The translations under genes were made by a program, and so were the position numbers. Below, piece after piece: positions 22,628 to 32,674 of a DNA stretch of 64,000 nucleotides; position 1 is the first letter of the stretch, and each line of letters starts with the position of its first letter. The DNA lies in contig CAUVXB020000002.1 of the NCBI GenBank assembly GCA_963555825.3, forward strand, positions 480,001 to 544,000, read 5' to 3'. Under the pieces are notes generated by a model. The model made no database searches. It saw nothing but the letters and a program-made list of their open reading frames with translations, and was not told the DNA's origin. The stretch comes from Alphaproteobacteria bacterium. GTDB taxonomy: Bacteria > Pseudomonadota > Alphaproteobacteria > JAAXGF01.

Positions 22628-22798
22628 CGGTGCGGACTCTTGGTTGCGCTCAATCGCCACGCAGGCCGATCTTATGGAATCAAGCCAATCTCATTGGATC
22701 AAGGTTGGCCGAACGGTCGGCGGCGCCCCTCTTGTCCCAATAAGACTGGCGCGCGCTGGTAGATTCCGATCGAGTGCGGTCGATCGAACTCCGCGCTA
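22628..22798 (-). repeat. Intergenic structured repeat copy between sga and mtkA
   Basis: Reverse complement of the core, starting at the sga TAG; short internal duplication. Confidence 0.85.
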
Positions 22799-24001
22799 CA
22801 CCGCGGCGGCTCGGGGCGAGACGAGTTCCACCGGGTGGGCGGTCGCGCGGTAGTACTCCTGGGCCGCGGCGACACCGCTGCCGGCCGCGACCTCGATGCC
22901 GAGATCGCGCATCGCCATCTCGGCGCCGGCCAGACCGCTCAAGACCATCAGCTCGTTGAGGTCGCCGAGGTGACCGATTCGGAACAGCTTGCCGGCGACC
23001 TTCGAGAGGCCGAGGCCGAGCGACAGGCCGTAGCGCAGGTAGGCGAGCCTGGCGACCGCGTTGCCGTCGAAGCCCTCGGGCACGCAGATCGCGCTGACCG
23101 TGTCGGAGTACCACTTGGGGTCCTTGGCGCAGAGCGCGAGACCCCAGGCGTCGACCGCGCGGCGCACGCCCTCGGCGAGCCGATGGTGGCGCGCGAAGAC
23201 GTTGTCGAGCCCCTCGCCGAGCAACAGATCGACCGAGGCGCGCAGACCGCGGATCAACGACATCGGCGGCGTGTAGGGGAAGAAGCCGTCGCGGTTGGTG
23301 CGGATCATGTCCTCGAAGTCGAAGTAGCAGCGCGGGCAGGTGGCCTCCTTGCGCGCCTCGAGCGCCTTGTCGCTGACGCACAGGATGGCCAGCCCGGCGG
23401 GCAGCATGAAGCCCTTCTGCGAGCCGGAGACCGCGACGTCGACGCCCCACTCGTCCATGCGGAAGTCGATCGAGGCGATCGAGCTGACGCCGTCGACGAA
23501 CAGCATCGCCGGGTGAACGGTGGCGTCGAGCGCGGCCCGCACGCCGGCGACGTCGCTGGTCACGCCGGTCGCGGTCTCGTTGTGGCAGACCAGCACGGCC
23601 TTGATCGCATGGTCGGTGTCGGCGGCCAGGCGCTCGGCGAAGATGTCGACCGGCACGCCCTCGCCCCATTCGACCTCGACCGCGTCGACCTCGATGCCGT
23701 GGCGCTGGCATAGGTCGACCCAGAGGTACGAGAACTGGCCGAAGACGGCGGCCAGCACCTTGTCGCCGGGCGACAGCGTGTTGGTGATCGCCGCCTCCCA
23801 GCCGCCGGTGCCCGACGACGGGAACAGGAACACCTGGCCCCGGTCGGTCTTGAAGATGCGCTTCAAATCGGCGAACAGCGGCAGGGTGAAGTCGGGCAGA
23901 TCGGGCGCGCGCTGGTCTTCCATCGCGACGTCGATGGCCTGGCGAATGGCGTGCGGCACGTTGGTCGGGCCGGGAATGAACAGGGCCGTGGTTCCGGGCA
24001 T
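22796..24001 (-). CDS. Serine--glyoxylate (class V PLP) aminotransferase, SgaA/BhcA-like
   Basis: FIPGPTNVP, SSGTGGWEAA, HNETATGV, SGSQKG, FRIGHLG. Confidence 0.88.
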   Translation of the reverse strand: MPGTTALFIPGPTNVPHAIRQAIDVAMEDQRAPDLPDFTLPLFADLKRIFKTDRGQVFLFPSSGTGGWEAAITNTLSPGDKVLAAVFGQFSYLWVDLCQRHGIEVDAVEVEWGEGVPVDIFAERLAADTDHAIKAVLVCHNETATGVTSDVAGVRAALDATVHPAMLFVDGVSSIASIDFRMDEWGVDVAVSGSQKGFMLPAGLAILCVSDKALEARKEATCPRCYFDFEDMIRTNRDGFFPYTPPMSLIRGLRASVDLLLGEGLDNVFARHHRLAEGVRRAVDAWGLALCAKDPKWYSDTVSAICVPEGFDGNAVARLAYLRYGLSLGLGLSKVAGKLFRIGHLGDLNELMVLSGLAGAEMAMRDLGIEVAAGSGVAAAQEYYRATAHPVELVSPRAAAV

Positions 24002-24051
24002 GGTCGTTGCTCCCCCCAAGAGATAGCGTTGCGTGTGGTCGGACGGGCGCC

Positions 24052-24228
24052 TCAGGCGATGCCGTAGACCTCCTCCTCGACGCGGCGCATGGCCGAGACG
24101 AAGTCGTGGGCGCGGCGCGCCGGCGCGCCTGTGTCGGAGATGCGCAGCGTTCGGCTGCCCGCCGTGCCGGCCGGGCCGAGCTCGAGCTGGACGACGACGC
24201 GGGTGTCGGAATCGATCAGGATGGCCAT
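24052..24228 (-). CDS. 58-aa hypothetical protein with a SucD/MtkB-like N-terminus
   Basis: MAILIDSDTRVVVQ resembles [14 protein letters not shown] of the downstream mtkB. Confidence 0.5.
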   Translation of the reverse strand: MAILIDSDTRVVVQLELGPAGTAGSRTLRISDTGAPARRAHDFVSAMRRVEEEVYGIA

Positions 24229-24453
24229 AACTGAATTCCCCACATGTTCGACGCGGTTGATCCGGGCGCCGAAGCGTCGGGGCGTCGATCGCGCCGCTTC
24301 GGAAATGCTCCAGAGCCCGCCGAGCGTCGCCGGCCGCCACGCGGCCCGAAAGGGCTCGGCAAATACGCGGGTCTCTATAACTTTTTCATAAGACAACACC
24401 CTTCGTCTTCCCGTAAACTGCACAAATTCTCATTAATGCCATAACAAAAGGTC

Positions 24454-25368
24454 ATGGTAAGCCTGCGCGCCAAACTGCCCCCGCCGAACGCCCTGGTGAC
24501 CTTCGAGGCGGCCGCCCGGCACCGCAACTTCACCCGCGCGGCGGCCGAACTCGGCGTCACCCAGGCGGCGGTGAGCCGCCAGATCCGCACGCTCGAGGAA
24601 CACCTCGGCGTGCCCGTCTTCCGCCGCGCGCCGAAGGGCCTGCAGCTGACGCGCGACGGCCAGCGCCTCTTCCAGGCGGTCACCATGGGGCTCGAGCACA
24701 TCGCGACGACGGCGGCCGATATCCGGCGCGTGCGTAGCGACGCCGAGGTCACGGTCTCGACCAGCGTGACCTTCGCGTCCTATTGGCTGATGTCGCGCGT
24801 CGCCAAGTTCCGCGCCGCCTACCCCGACGTCGAGCTGCGCCTGGTCGCCTCGGCGCCGGTCGCCAATCTGGCGGTCGCCGGCATCGACCTGGCGGTGCGC
24901 TACGGCGACGGCCGCTGGCCCGGCGTCGAGGCGACCCATCTGTTGGACAACGAAGTCTTCCCGGTCTGCGCGCCGGGCTACCTCGAGGGCCGTCCGCCGC
25001 TCGCCGGGCCCGCCGACCTGTTGGGCGAGACGCTCTTGAACCTGGTCGAATACGACCGCAACTGGGTGACCTGGGAGGCGTGGCTGCGCGAATTCGGCGT
25101 CGTCGACAGGCCGGCGCGGCGCGGGCCCCAGTTCGACAACTACCTGATCCTGATCCAGGCGGCGCTCGGCGGCCAGGGCATCGCATTGGGCGGCGGGCGC
25201 CTCGCCGACGACTTCCTGGCGGCGGGCGCCCTGGTGCGCCCGATCGCCGCGACGCTGCGCTCGGATAGCGGCTTCTACGTCCTGGTGCCACGCGAGGTAC
25301 CGCTCAGCGAACCCGCCGCCCTGTTCCGCGACTGGGTGCTCGCCGAGGCCAAGGGCGACGCGGGCTGA
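24454..25368 (+). CDS. LysR-family regulator, GcvA-like
   Basis: LPP.NAL..FEAAARH.NFTRAA.EL.VTQAAVSRQIR.LEE HTH; divergent from sga. Confidence 0.93.
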   Translation: MVSLRAKLPPPNALVTFEAAARHRNFTRAAAELGVTQAAVSRQIRTLEEHLGVPVFRRAPKGLQLTRDGQRLFQAVTMGLEHIATTAADIRRVRSDAEVTVSTSVTFASYWLMSRVAKFRAAYPDVELRLVASAPVANLAVAGIDLAVRYGDGRWPGVEATHLLDNEVFPVCAPGYLEGRPPLAGPADLLGETLLNLVEYDRNWVTWEAWLREFGVVDRPARRGPQFDNYLILIQAALGGQGIALGGGRLADDFLAAGALVRPIAATLRSDSGFYVLVPREVPLSEPAALFRDWVLAEAKGDAG

Positions 25369-25463
25369 TCACGGCGCGGCGGCGGCGCCGGCGTCGTAGA
25401 GCGCTTTGGCCTCGGTCGCGGCGACCGGCGCATGGTCGTCGCGTTCGGGCTGTCACAGGCAAA

Positions 25464-25538
25464 TGGTGGGCGCGGCTGGGATTGAACCAGCGACCCCTAC
25501 GATGTCACCGTAGTGCTCTACCGCTGAGCTACGCGCCC
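25464..25538 (-). tRNA. tRNA-Val(GAC)
   Basis: GGGCGCGTAGCTCAGCGGTAGAGC...CTACG-GTGACAT-CGTAG...GGTTCAATCC...CACCA. Confidence 0.97.
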
Positions 25539-25718
25539 TCGGTGGCGCCGCGTCTGTCAGCGGCGCCCAGAACCCCGCTTGTAATGCCAAACCCGGCGGC
25601 TTTGCAAGCCCCGCTGGACCGGGTCGGCCACGCGCGCGTGACGCGCCGGCCGCACACGCGTGACAGGATAGTCGTTATGGTCTAAGCCTGAGGGATCGAG
25701 CGCGAGGATCGGCGAGAC

Positions 25719-26624
25719 ATGAGCGGCACCCCGCAGACCCCGGCCGACCCAATGGCCCAAGCGGACGGCACGGCTTTCGAGGTCCTGCGGCCGGCCGCGC
25801 AGACCGCGCCCCTGGTGCTCGCCTCGCCGCATAGCGGGCGCGACTATTCGGCCGAATTCACCGCCATCGCCCGGCTCAAGGGCGCCGCGCTGCGCCGCTC
25901 GGAGGACAGCTTCGTCGACGAGCTGTTCGCGGCCGGGCCCGGGTGCGGCGCGCCGCTCATCCGGGCGCTGTTTCCGCGCGCCTACCTCGACGTCAACCGC
26001 GAGCCCTACGAGCTCGACCCGGCGATGTTCGAAGACGCGCTGCCGCCTTACGTCAACGCGCACTCGCCCCGGGTGCGCGGCGGGCTTGGCACGATCGCCC
26101 GTGTCGTCGCCGTCGGCGCCGAGATCTACCGCGGCAAGCTGCGCTTCGCCGACGCCGCGGCGCGTATCGAGCGCTGTTACGAGCCCTATCACGCGGCGCT
26201 CGGCGCGCTGGTCCGCGCGACCGAGGCGGCGTTCGGCTTCGCCGTGCTGCTCGACTGCCATTCGATGCCCTCGATCGGCGGACCGATCGACCGCGATCCC
26301 GGGGCGGCGCGCGCCGACATCGTGCTGGGCGACCGTTTCGCGACGTCCTGCCACCCGTCGATCGCGGCGCTGGTCGAGCGTGTGCTAACGCAAGCGGGCT
26401 ATGCGGTGCGCCGCAACGAGCCCTATGCCGGCGGCTTCACCACCCAGTACTATGGCCGGCCCCATCTCGGCGTGCATGCGTTGCAGATCGAGGTCAAGCG
26501 GTCGCTCTACATGGACGAGACGCGTTTCGAGCACGGCCCGGGCTTCGCCGGCGTCGCCGCGACCATGACCCGGGTGATCGAGGCGTTGGCGGGCATGGCG
26601 CCGATGGCGCTCGCCGCCGAATAA
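25719..26624 (+). CDS. N-formylglutamate amidohydrolase
   Basis: SPHSGR, D.NR, LLDCHSMPS, N.PYAGG, HALQIE. Confidence 0.9.
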   Translation: MSGTPQTPADPMAQADGTAFEVLRPAAQTAPLVLASPHSGRDYSAEFTAIARLKGAALRRSEDSFVDELFAAGPGCGAPLIRALFPRAYLDVNREPYELDPAMFEDALPPYVNAHSPRVRGGLGTIARVVAVGAEIYRGKLRFADAAARIERCYEPYHAALGALVRATEAAFGFAVLLDCHSMPSIGGPIDRDPGAARADIVLGDRFATSCHPSIAALVERVLTQAGYAVRRNEPYAGGFTTQYYGRPHLGVHALQIEVKRSLYMDETRFEHGPGFAGVAATMTRVIEALAGMAPMALAAE

Positions 26625-26627
26625 ACG

Positions 26628-27173
26628 ATGGCCGCGCAAGCCGCGACATCGGCTGCGCCGCGGGTTCGGCCGTCGGCGACCGGCGATCTGCCGGCGATCA
26701 CCGAGATATACGCCCATCACGTGCGCCACGGCCTCGCCTCGTTCGAGGAAACGCCGCCCGACGTCGCCGAGATGACGCGCCGCCGCGCCGCGGTGCTTGC
26801 CGCCGGCTATCGCTATCTGGTCGCCGAGCGCGACGGCCGGGTCGTCGGCTATGCCCACGCCGCGCCCTACCGGACACGCCCGGCCTACCGAAATTCGGTC
26901 GAGACCACGGTCTATGTCGCGCCCGACGGCATGCGCCGCGGGGTGGGGCGCGCGCTGCTCGCCGCGCTGATCGAGATTTGCACCGCCGAGGGCTATCGTC
27001 AGATGGTCGCGGTCGTCGGCGACACCGGCAACGACGCCTCGATCGGCCTGCACGAGGCGCTCGGCTTCGCGCGCGTCGGTCGGCTGCGGGCGATCGGCTT
27101 CAAGTTCGGCCGCTGGGTCGACAGCGTCATCTTGCAGCGCGCGCTGGGCGACGGCGACGAAACGCCGCCGTGA
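26628..27173 (+). CDS. GNAT N-acetyltransferase (phosphinothricin/YncA type)
   Basis: ASFEETPP, RPAYR.SVE.TVYV, GFKFGRWVD. Confidence 0.9.
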   Translation: MAAQAATSAAPRVRPSATGDLPAITEIYAHHVRHGLASFEETPPDVAEMTRRRAAVLAAGYRYLVAERDGRVVGYAHAAPYRTRPAYRNSVETTVYVAPDGMRRGVGRALLAALIEICTAEGYRQMVAVVGDTGNDASIGLHEALGFARVGRLRAIGFKFGRWVDSVILQRALGDGDETPP

Positions 27174-27179
27174 GTGTGC

Positions 27180-27357
27180 GAGCGCATTGTCCGATCAATT
27201 GGAATCGATCGGATTATTTCAGCCCGCGCCAACCTTATTGGGACAAGAGGGGGGCCGCCGACCGTTCGGCCAGGCTTGGTCCCATAAGACTGGCATGCGC
27301 AGCGATTGAGCGCAGGTCAGCTTTACGCGAGTCAAAGATGACCGCACAGTGCTTTAG
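27180..27357 (+). repeat. Full-length intergenic structured repeat copy
   Basis: GCATTGTCCGATC ... GATGACCGCACAGTGCTTTAG. Confidence 0.88.
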
Positions 27358-27359
27358 GC

Positions 27360-27466
27360 AAAAAAAGAGCCGTGTCGCCGGGCGGCGACACGGCCCTAGT
27401 CAGGGAGGAATGCCCAGGACGGGCAATACGGTATTCGCGCCATCGGGAGGAAAGGCTCATACCGCA
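27360..27466 (-). ncRNA. SuhB/MmgR-like alphaproteobacterial sRNA
   Basis: Two TTCCTCCC anti-SD motifs, GCCGTGTCGCC terminator stem plus T7, upstream TGC-N3-GC boxes. Confidence 0.7.
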
Positions 27467-27618
27467 ATGCAACAATAATTGCTGCGGCGCGGCTAACGCA
27501 AGGATAAACGGCGGCATACCTGACCTTGTTCTGTGACTCTGTGTCATTTTAATCACATATCGAACGACGGGACGAGCCAAATGACGCGACGCACCACAAC
27601 CCGCAGGGGCGCCCGGTC

Positions 27619-28620
27619 ATGACGCTGTTGATCACCGGCGGCGCCGGTTTCGTGATGAGCAACCTGGCGCGGCGCTGGCTGGCGCGGCGCTGGCTCGACG
27701 CCGGCCGGCCGAGCGATCTCGCCGGGCGTTTCTTCGCCGGTGTCGACGACCGGATCGAGGTGATCCGCGCCGACGTGCGTTACCCCGAGGGCTGGCACGG
27801 CTGTATCCGGGGCGGCGACATCCGCCACGTCGTGCACGGCGCGACGATCACCACGCTGCACGGCGCGGCCCGCGTGGCGCTCGCCGGCGGCGGCGAGCGC
27901 GCCGATCCGCAGGACATGCTCGACATCAACATCATGGGCACGGTGCGGCTCGTGGACTGGGCGAGCCGGCTGCCCGATCTCGAACGCTTCGTCTACGTCA
28001 GTTCCGGCTCGGTCTACGCCGACGAGGGGCCGGCGGGCGCGCCGCTGCCCGAAGACGGCACCGTCGCGCCCGACGGTTTCTATGCGATCGGCAAATATGC
28101 CTCGGAGCTGATCACGCGGCGCTTCGCCGACGAATTCGGTCTGCCCGCGCTCTCGGTGCGGCTGTCGGGCGTCTACGGGCCGATGGACCGGGTGACGGAA
28201 AGCCGTGACGTGCGTTGCGTGCCCAACCGCATCGCGCACTTGGCGCTGGCCGGCGAGACGATCCGCGTCAACGACACGGACGGTGTCGGCGACTGGATCC
28301 ACGCCGGCGACGTCGCCGAGGCGCTGCGCCTCCTGCTGAGGGCGCCGACGCCCGCGCACCCGGTCTACAACATCGCCTATGGCGAGGCCGTCACGATCGG
28401 CGCGCTGATCGAGATCGTCGCGCAGCATGTGCCGGACACGCGTTGGCGGGTGGTCGGCGACGACGACGCCAATGTCGTGCACGATGCGCAGCGCCGGCTC
28501 GGCCGCTGGGGCGCCTACGACATCGCGCGCCTTACCGACGGGCACGGTTGGCGGCCACGGCCGCTGGCCGAGGCGATGGCCGATTATATCGACTGGATCG
28601 CGGCGAACGAGAGCGCTTGA
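27619..28620 (+). CDS. NAD-dependent epimerase/dehydratase
   Basis: ITGGAGF, VSSGSVY, YxxxK (YAIGK), VYGP. Confidence 0.85.
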   Translation: MTLLITGGAGFVMSNLARRWLARRWLDAGRPSDLAGRFFAGVDDRIEVIRADVRYPEGWHGCIRGGDIRHVVHGATITTLHGAARVALAGGGERADPQDMLDINIMGTVRLVDWASRLPDLERFVYVSSGSVYADEGPAGAPLPEDGTVAPDGFYAIGKYASELITRRFADEFGLPALSVRLSGVYGPMDRVTESRDVRCVPNRIAHLALAGETIRVNDTDGVGDWIHAGDVAEALRLLLRAPTPAHPVYNIAYGEAVTIGALIEIVAQHVPDTRWRVVGDDDANVVHDAQRRLGRWGAYDIARLTDGHGWRPRPLAEAMADYIDWIAANESA

Positions 28621-28678
28621 CGGCGCGCCGGTCACGCCCCAACTGTTCACTCACGCGCGACGACGAGGAAGATGTGAC

Positions 28679-28999
28679 GTGACGGTACAAAGCCAGATCG
28701 AGACCAAGATCATCGAGGCGCTCGCGCCGGCGCATCTCGAGGTGATCAACGAGAGCCACATGCATTCGGTGCCGCCGGGCTCGGAATCGCATTTCAAGCT
28801 GGTCATCGTCTCGGACAGCTTCGACGGCGTCGCGCGCGTCAAGCGCCACCAGACGGTCAACCGCATCCTCGCCGCCGAGCTCGCCGAAAGCCTGCACGCC
28901 TTGTCGCTCAAGACGGTAACGACCGAGGAATGGACACTGAGCGGCGGCGAAGTCCCGGCCTCGCCGCCCTGCCTCGGCGGCGGCAAGGCCGGGGGCTAG
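28679..28999 (+). CDS. bolA: BolA family protein
   Basis: HLEVINESHMH, SESHFK, RVKRHQ, LHALSL, SPPCLGG. Confidence 0.92.
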   Translation: MTVQSQIETKIIEALAPAHLEVINESHMHSVPPGSESHFKLVIVSDSFDGVARVKRHQTVNRILAAELAESLHALSLKTVTTEEWTLSGGEVPASPPCLGGGKAGG

Positions 29000-29183
29000 G
29001 GCGCCGTTTCGCGCCACGCCCGGCGCGCTTCAATCGCCATTCAGGCGTCGCAAACTGTCATTTCCAGCCAAGATAGCGCCAATACGGTGCCGAAACGGTG
29101 TCAGACACCTTGTCTATAGACGACACCATTTGTTGGACAGCATTCGTTACACCGCTCGTTGACGCGATGCGTGTCGGTTCGGC

Positions 29184-29991
29184 CTAGCCCTTGCTCCACT
29201 TGGTCGCCGGCTTCGCGACCGGCGCGCCGTCGACGGTTATCTCGTCGACGCGTTCGTTGAAGAAGCACAGATAGCCCTCGATCCGCGCGCTCTCGTGGAC
29301 CGGCGCGGGGTAGCTCCAGACGACGTCCTCGAAGGTCTCGCCGCCGGCCTCGGCCGACCAATAAACCGCCTCGCCTATAGGGGCAGCGCGTGCGCGTCTC
29401 GGTGCGCGTCAGTCGCTCCATGCGCGCATCGTCGGCCGGGATGTAGTAGCGCGTCGGCTGGCCGGTCTCGAACAGGAAGCGCGCGCGCTCGGTCTCGGCC
29501 ACCGTCTCGCCGCCGAGCACGACGCGCACCGGGCGGCGGCTGTCGAGGATGTCGATCCGCACAAGGGGGTCGCGGGCATGGACGAAGACCTCTTCGTCCT
29601 CCTCGTACCAGGCGTCGACCCGGTCCCAGTAAAACGCCATGGCGTCCTTGATCTGCGCGGTCTCGGCGAACGGGTTCTGGTAGCTCCAGACGGCATTCTC
29701 GGCGGTCTTGCCGCCGGCCTCGATCGACCAATAGGACGCGTCGCCCTTGAACGGACAGAAGCTCGAATGATCGGTGCGCGTCATCGCCTCGGTGCGCACG
29801 TCGTCGCGCGGGAAGTAGTAGACCGGGATATGCCGGGTCTCGCGCATCAGCATGACGCGCGTCGAGCAGGCGATCGTCTCACCGCCGAGCATGACGCGCA
29901 CGCGCTTGGCGCAGGGCGCGAAGTCGACGCGGTAGTCGGGGTGCTCGGCGAAGCCCGGCGCGGGCTGCCGAAGCGCTGTCATGTTGCTCAT
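29184..29991 (-). pseudogene. Tandem DUF427 protein, frameshift near 29378
   Basis: Two CP(F/Y)KG.A.YW...WSY repeats; the second changes frame after CPY. Confidence 0.8.
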
Positions 29992-30142
29992 GGAATGGCG
30001 CCTCAAGGTTTCTCGTCAGCTCGATCAAAGCTTGGTGCTAAACGCGCCGAAAGCAAGTGCGAATCGACCCCGGCGGCTTGAGGACGGCGCGGCCGCTCCC
30101 TATGCTGCCCGACGACGAATTGGGCGAAGAGGGAGGCGACCG

Positions 30143-31219
30143 ATGGCGGCGCACCGCATCGCGGTAATTCCCGGCGATGGCATCGGCGGCGAGGTGACCG
30201 AGGCCGGCCTCGCCGTGCTCGAGGCGCTCGCGGCCGCGACGCCGGACCTCGAGCTCGAATTCGAGAGCTTTCCCTGGGGCTCGGACTTCTACCGCGCGAC
30301 CGGCGCCATGATGCCGGCCGACGCCCTCGCCAGGCTGGCCGGCTTCGACGCCATCTACTTCGGCGCGGTCGGCGACGTCGCGGTGCCCGACCACGTCACG
30401 CTGTGGGGACTGCGGCTCGCCATCTGCCAGGGTTTCGACCAATACGCCAACGTCCGCCCCGCGCGGCTTCTGCCCGGCATCGCGAGCCCGCTTCGGGACG
30501 TCGCGGCGGACGACCTCGACTGGGTCATCGTGCGCGAGAACTCGGAGGGCGAGTACACCGGTGCCGGTGGCCGCGCGCATGCCGGCTTCGCCGGCGAGGT
30601 CGGCGTCGAGACCGCGGTGTTCACCCGCGCCGGCATAGAACGCATCATGCGCTTCGCCTTCGTGCTGGCGCGCAAACGGCCGCGCCGCCGCCTCACCCTG
30701 GTCACCAAGTCGAACGCCCAGCGCCACGGCATGGTGCTGTGGGACGAAGTCTTCGCGGGGCTCGCGGCCGACTATGCCGACGTCGAGACCGACCGCGTGC
30801 TGGTCGACGCCGCGACGGTGCGCATGGTGCGCGACCCGGCCTCGATCGATGTCATGGTGGCGACCAACCTGCACGCCGACATCCTGAGCGATCTCGCCGC
30901 CGCGCTGGCCGGCGGGCTCGGGCTGGCGCCGAGCGCCAACCTCAATCCCGAGCGCGCCTACCCGTCGATGTTCGAGCCGGTCCACGGCTCCGCTGCCGAC
31001 ATCGCCGGCAAGGGCGTCGCCAACCCGATCGGCGCGCTTGCCAGCGCGGCGATGATGCTCGACCACCTGGGCGAAAGCGCCGCCGCCGCGCGGCTCACGG
31101 CGGCGATCGAGCGCGTCACCGGGGCCGGCGGCCCGCTGACCCCCGACCTCGGCGGCACGGCGACGACCGCGGCCCTGGCGGACGCGGTCTGCCGCGCCAT
31201 TTCCGAGGCCGACGGCTGA
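30143..31219 (+). CDS. Tartrate/D-malate dehydrogenase (decarboxylating)
   Basis: IPGDGIG.EV, FDQYANVRP, RENSEGEY, TKSNAQ, FEPVHGSA. Confidence 0.9.
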   Translation: MAAHRIAVIPGDGIGGEVTEAGLAVLEALAAATPDLELEFESFPWGSDFYRATGAMMPADALARLAGFDAIYFGAVGDVAVPDHVTLWGLRLAICQGFDQYANVRPARLLPGIASPLRDVAADDLDWVIVRENSEGEYTGAGGRAHAGFAGEVGVETAVFTRAGIERIMRFAFVLARKRPRRRLTLVTKSNAQRHGMVLWDEVFAGLAADYADVETDRVLVDAATVRMVRDPASIDVMVATNLHADILSDLAAALAGGLGLAPSANLNPERAYPSMFEPVHGSAADIAGKGVANPIGALASAAMMLDHLGESAAAARLTAAIERVTGAGGPLTPDLGGTATTAALADAVCRAISEADG

Positions 31220-31358
31220 CGCGGGCTTGACTCAGCCGTCGCGCTTGCGCCTAATTCCCGGCCGCAGGAAGACAATGACCCCGGCGCCGAAATTGGCGGT
31301 CGCAAGCGGGGCAATCTGCTATCATCGGGACGCGTCATCACTCAGGGAGGCTCAACAA

Positions 31359-32606
31359 ATGACATTCTGGCACAAAACGATGCCGAAACTCGTGATCGGC
31401 GCCGCGGCTATCGCGCTGGTCGCGGCGGCGCCGGCCAGCGCCAAGGTCGAGGGCGACACGATCACGCTGGGCGCCGCCTTGTCGTTCACCGGCAAGTACA
31501 AGACCAATGGCGAACACACCAAGCGCGGCTATGATCTCGCGGTCAAGCGGATCAACGAGATGGGCGGCATCACCGTCGGCGGTAAGGCCTATCAGCTCGC
31601 GATCACTTACTACGACGACGAATCGACGCCGGTGCGCGGCGCGCAGCTGGCCGAGAAGCTGATCAAGCAGGACGGCATCACGTTCATGCTTGGCCCGTAC
31701 AGCTCGGGCCTGACCAAGGCGATCGTGCCGGTCACCGAGAAGCACAAGATCCCGATGGTCGAGGGCAACGGCGCCTCGCGCTCGCTGTTCAACAAGGGCT
31801 ATCGCTATCTCTTCGCGGTGCTCTCGACGTCCGAGCAGTATCTCGCCGAAGCGATCAACCTGGCCGCCCAGCAGGCGCAGGCGGCGGGCAAGGACCCGGC
31901 CGACCTCAAGATCGCCATCGCGGTCGAGAACGACCCGTTCTCGCAGGATATCCGGGCCGGCATCATCAACGACGCTAGCCGCTGGGGCATGAACGTGGTG
32001 ATCGACGACAAGTTGCCGAAGGAGCTCAACGACATGTCGGCGACGCTCACCAAGGTCAAGGCGGTCAAGCCCGACGTGCTGGTCGTCTCGGGCCATTCGA
32101 AGGGCGCCGCGACGGTGATCCGCCAGGTCTCGGAGATGAAGGTCGACGTGCCGATGCTGGCCATCACGCACTGCGAGGCGGCCGACGTCATCGGCAAGTT
32201 CGGCGCCGCCGCCGACTACACGCTGTGCGCGACGCAATGGGCCGAGACGATGAGCTACGCCGACCGCTGGTTCGGCTCGGCGAGCGACTACGCGAAGCTG
32301 TACGAGTCGGAATACGGCTATGTGCCGCCCTACCAGGCGGCCGAATCGACCGCCGCGGTGCTGGTCTACGCCGACGCCCTGCAACGCGCCAACTCATTCG
32401 ACACCGAGAAGGTGCGCGACGCGCTTGCGGCAACGATGTTGAATACTTTCTACGGCAACGTCATGTTCGACGGCACCGGCAAGAACATCGCCAAGCCGAT
32501 GGCGCTGCGCCAGATCCAGGACGGCAAGTTGCACGTGGTGGCGCCGGCCGCCTGGGCCGCGGCCGACCTGATCCATCCGCGGCCGATGTGGAGCGAGCGG
32601 GAATAG
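31359..32606 (+). CDS. Amino-acid ABC transporter substrate-binding protein (Liv type)
   Basis: Signal peptide, YYDDES, LGPYSSG; AGGGAGG RBS. Confidence 0.9.
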   Translation: MTFWHKTMPKLVIGAAAIALVAAAPASAKVEGDTITLGAALSFTGKYKTNGEHTKRGYDLAVKRINEMGGITVGGKAYQLAITYYDDESTPVRGAQLAEKLIKQDGITFMLGPYSSGLTKAIVPVTEKHKIPMVEGNGASRSLFNKGYRYLFAVLSTSEQYLAEAINLAAQQAQAAGKDPADLKIAIAVENDPFSQDIRAGIINDASRWGMNVVIDDKLPKELNDMSATLTKVKAVKPDVLVVSGHSKGAATVIRQVSEMKVDVPMLAITHCEAADVIGKFGAAADYTLCATQWAETMSYADRWFGSASDYAKLYESEYGYVPPYQAAESTAAVLVYADALQRANSFDTEKVRDALAATMLNTFYGNVMFDGTGKNIAKPMALRQIQDGKLHVVAPAAWAAADLIHPRPMWSERE

Positions 32607-32674
32607 CCAAGCGACGCGTTTGGGAATAGCGCCCGTCCCCTGCGCACGGCGGGGACGGGCGCAATCCCTCGGCC

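Noticed and set aside
25464-25538. tRNA-anchored genomic island
   Set aside because: No integrase nearby and no duplicated tRNA 3' end seen.
27664-27695. 15-bp duplication (ARRWL x2) in the epimerase
   Set aside because: In-frame local slippage with no evidence of function.
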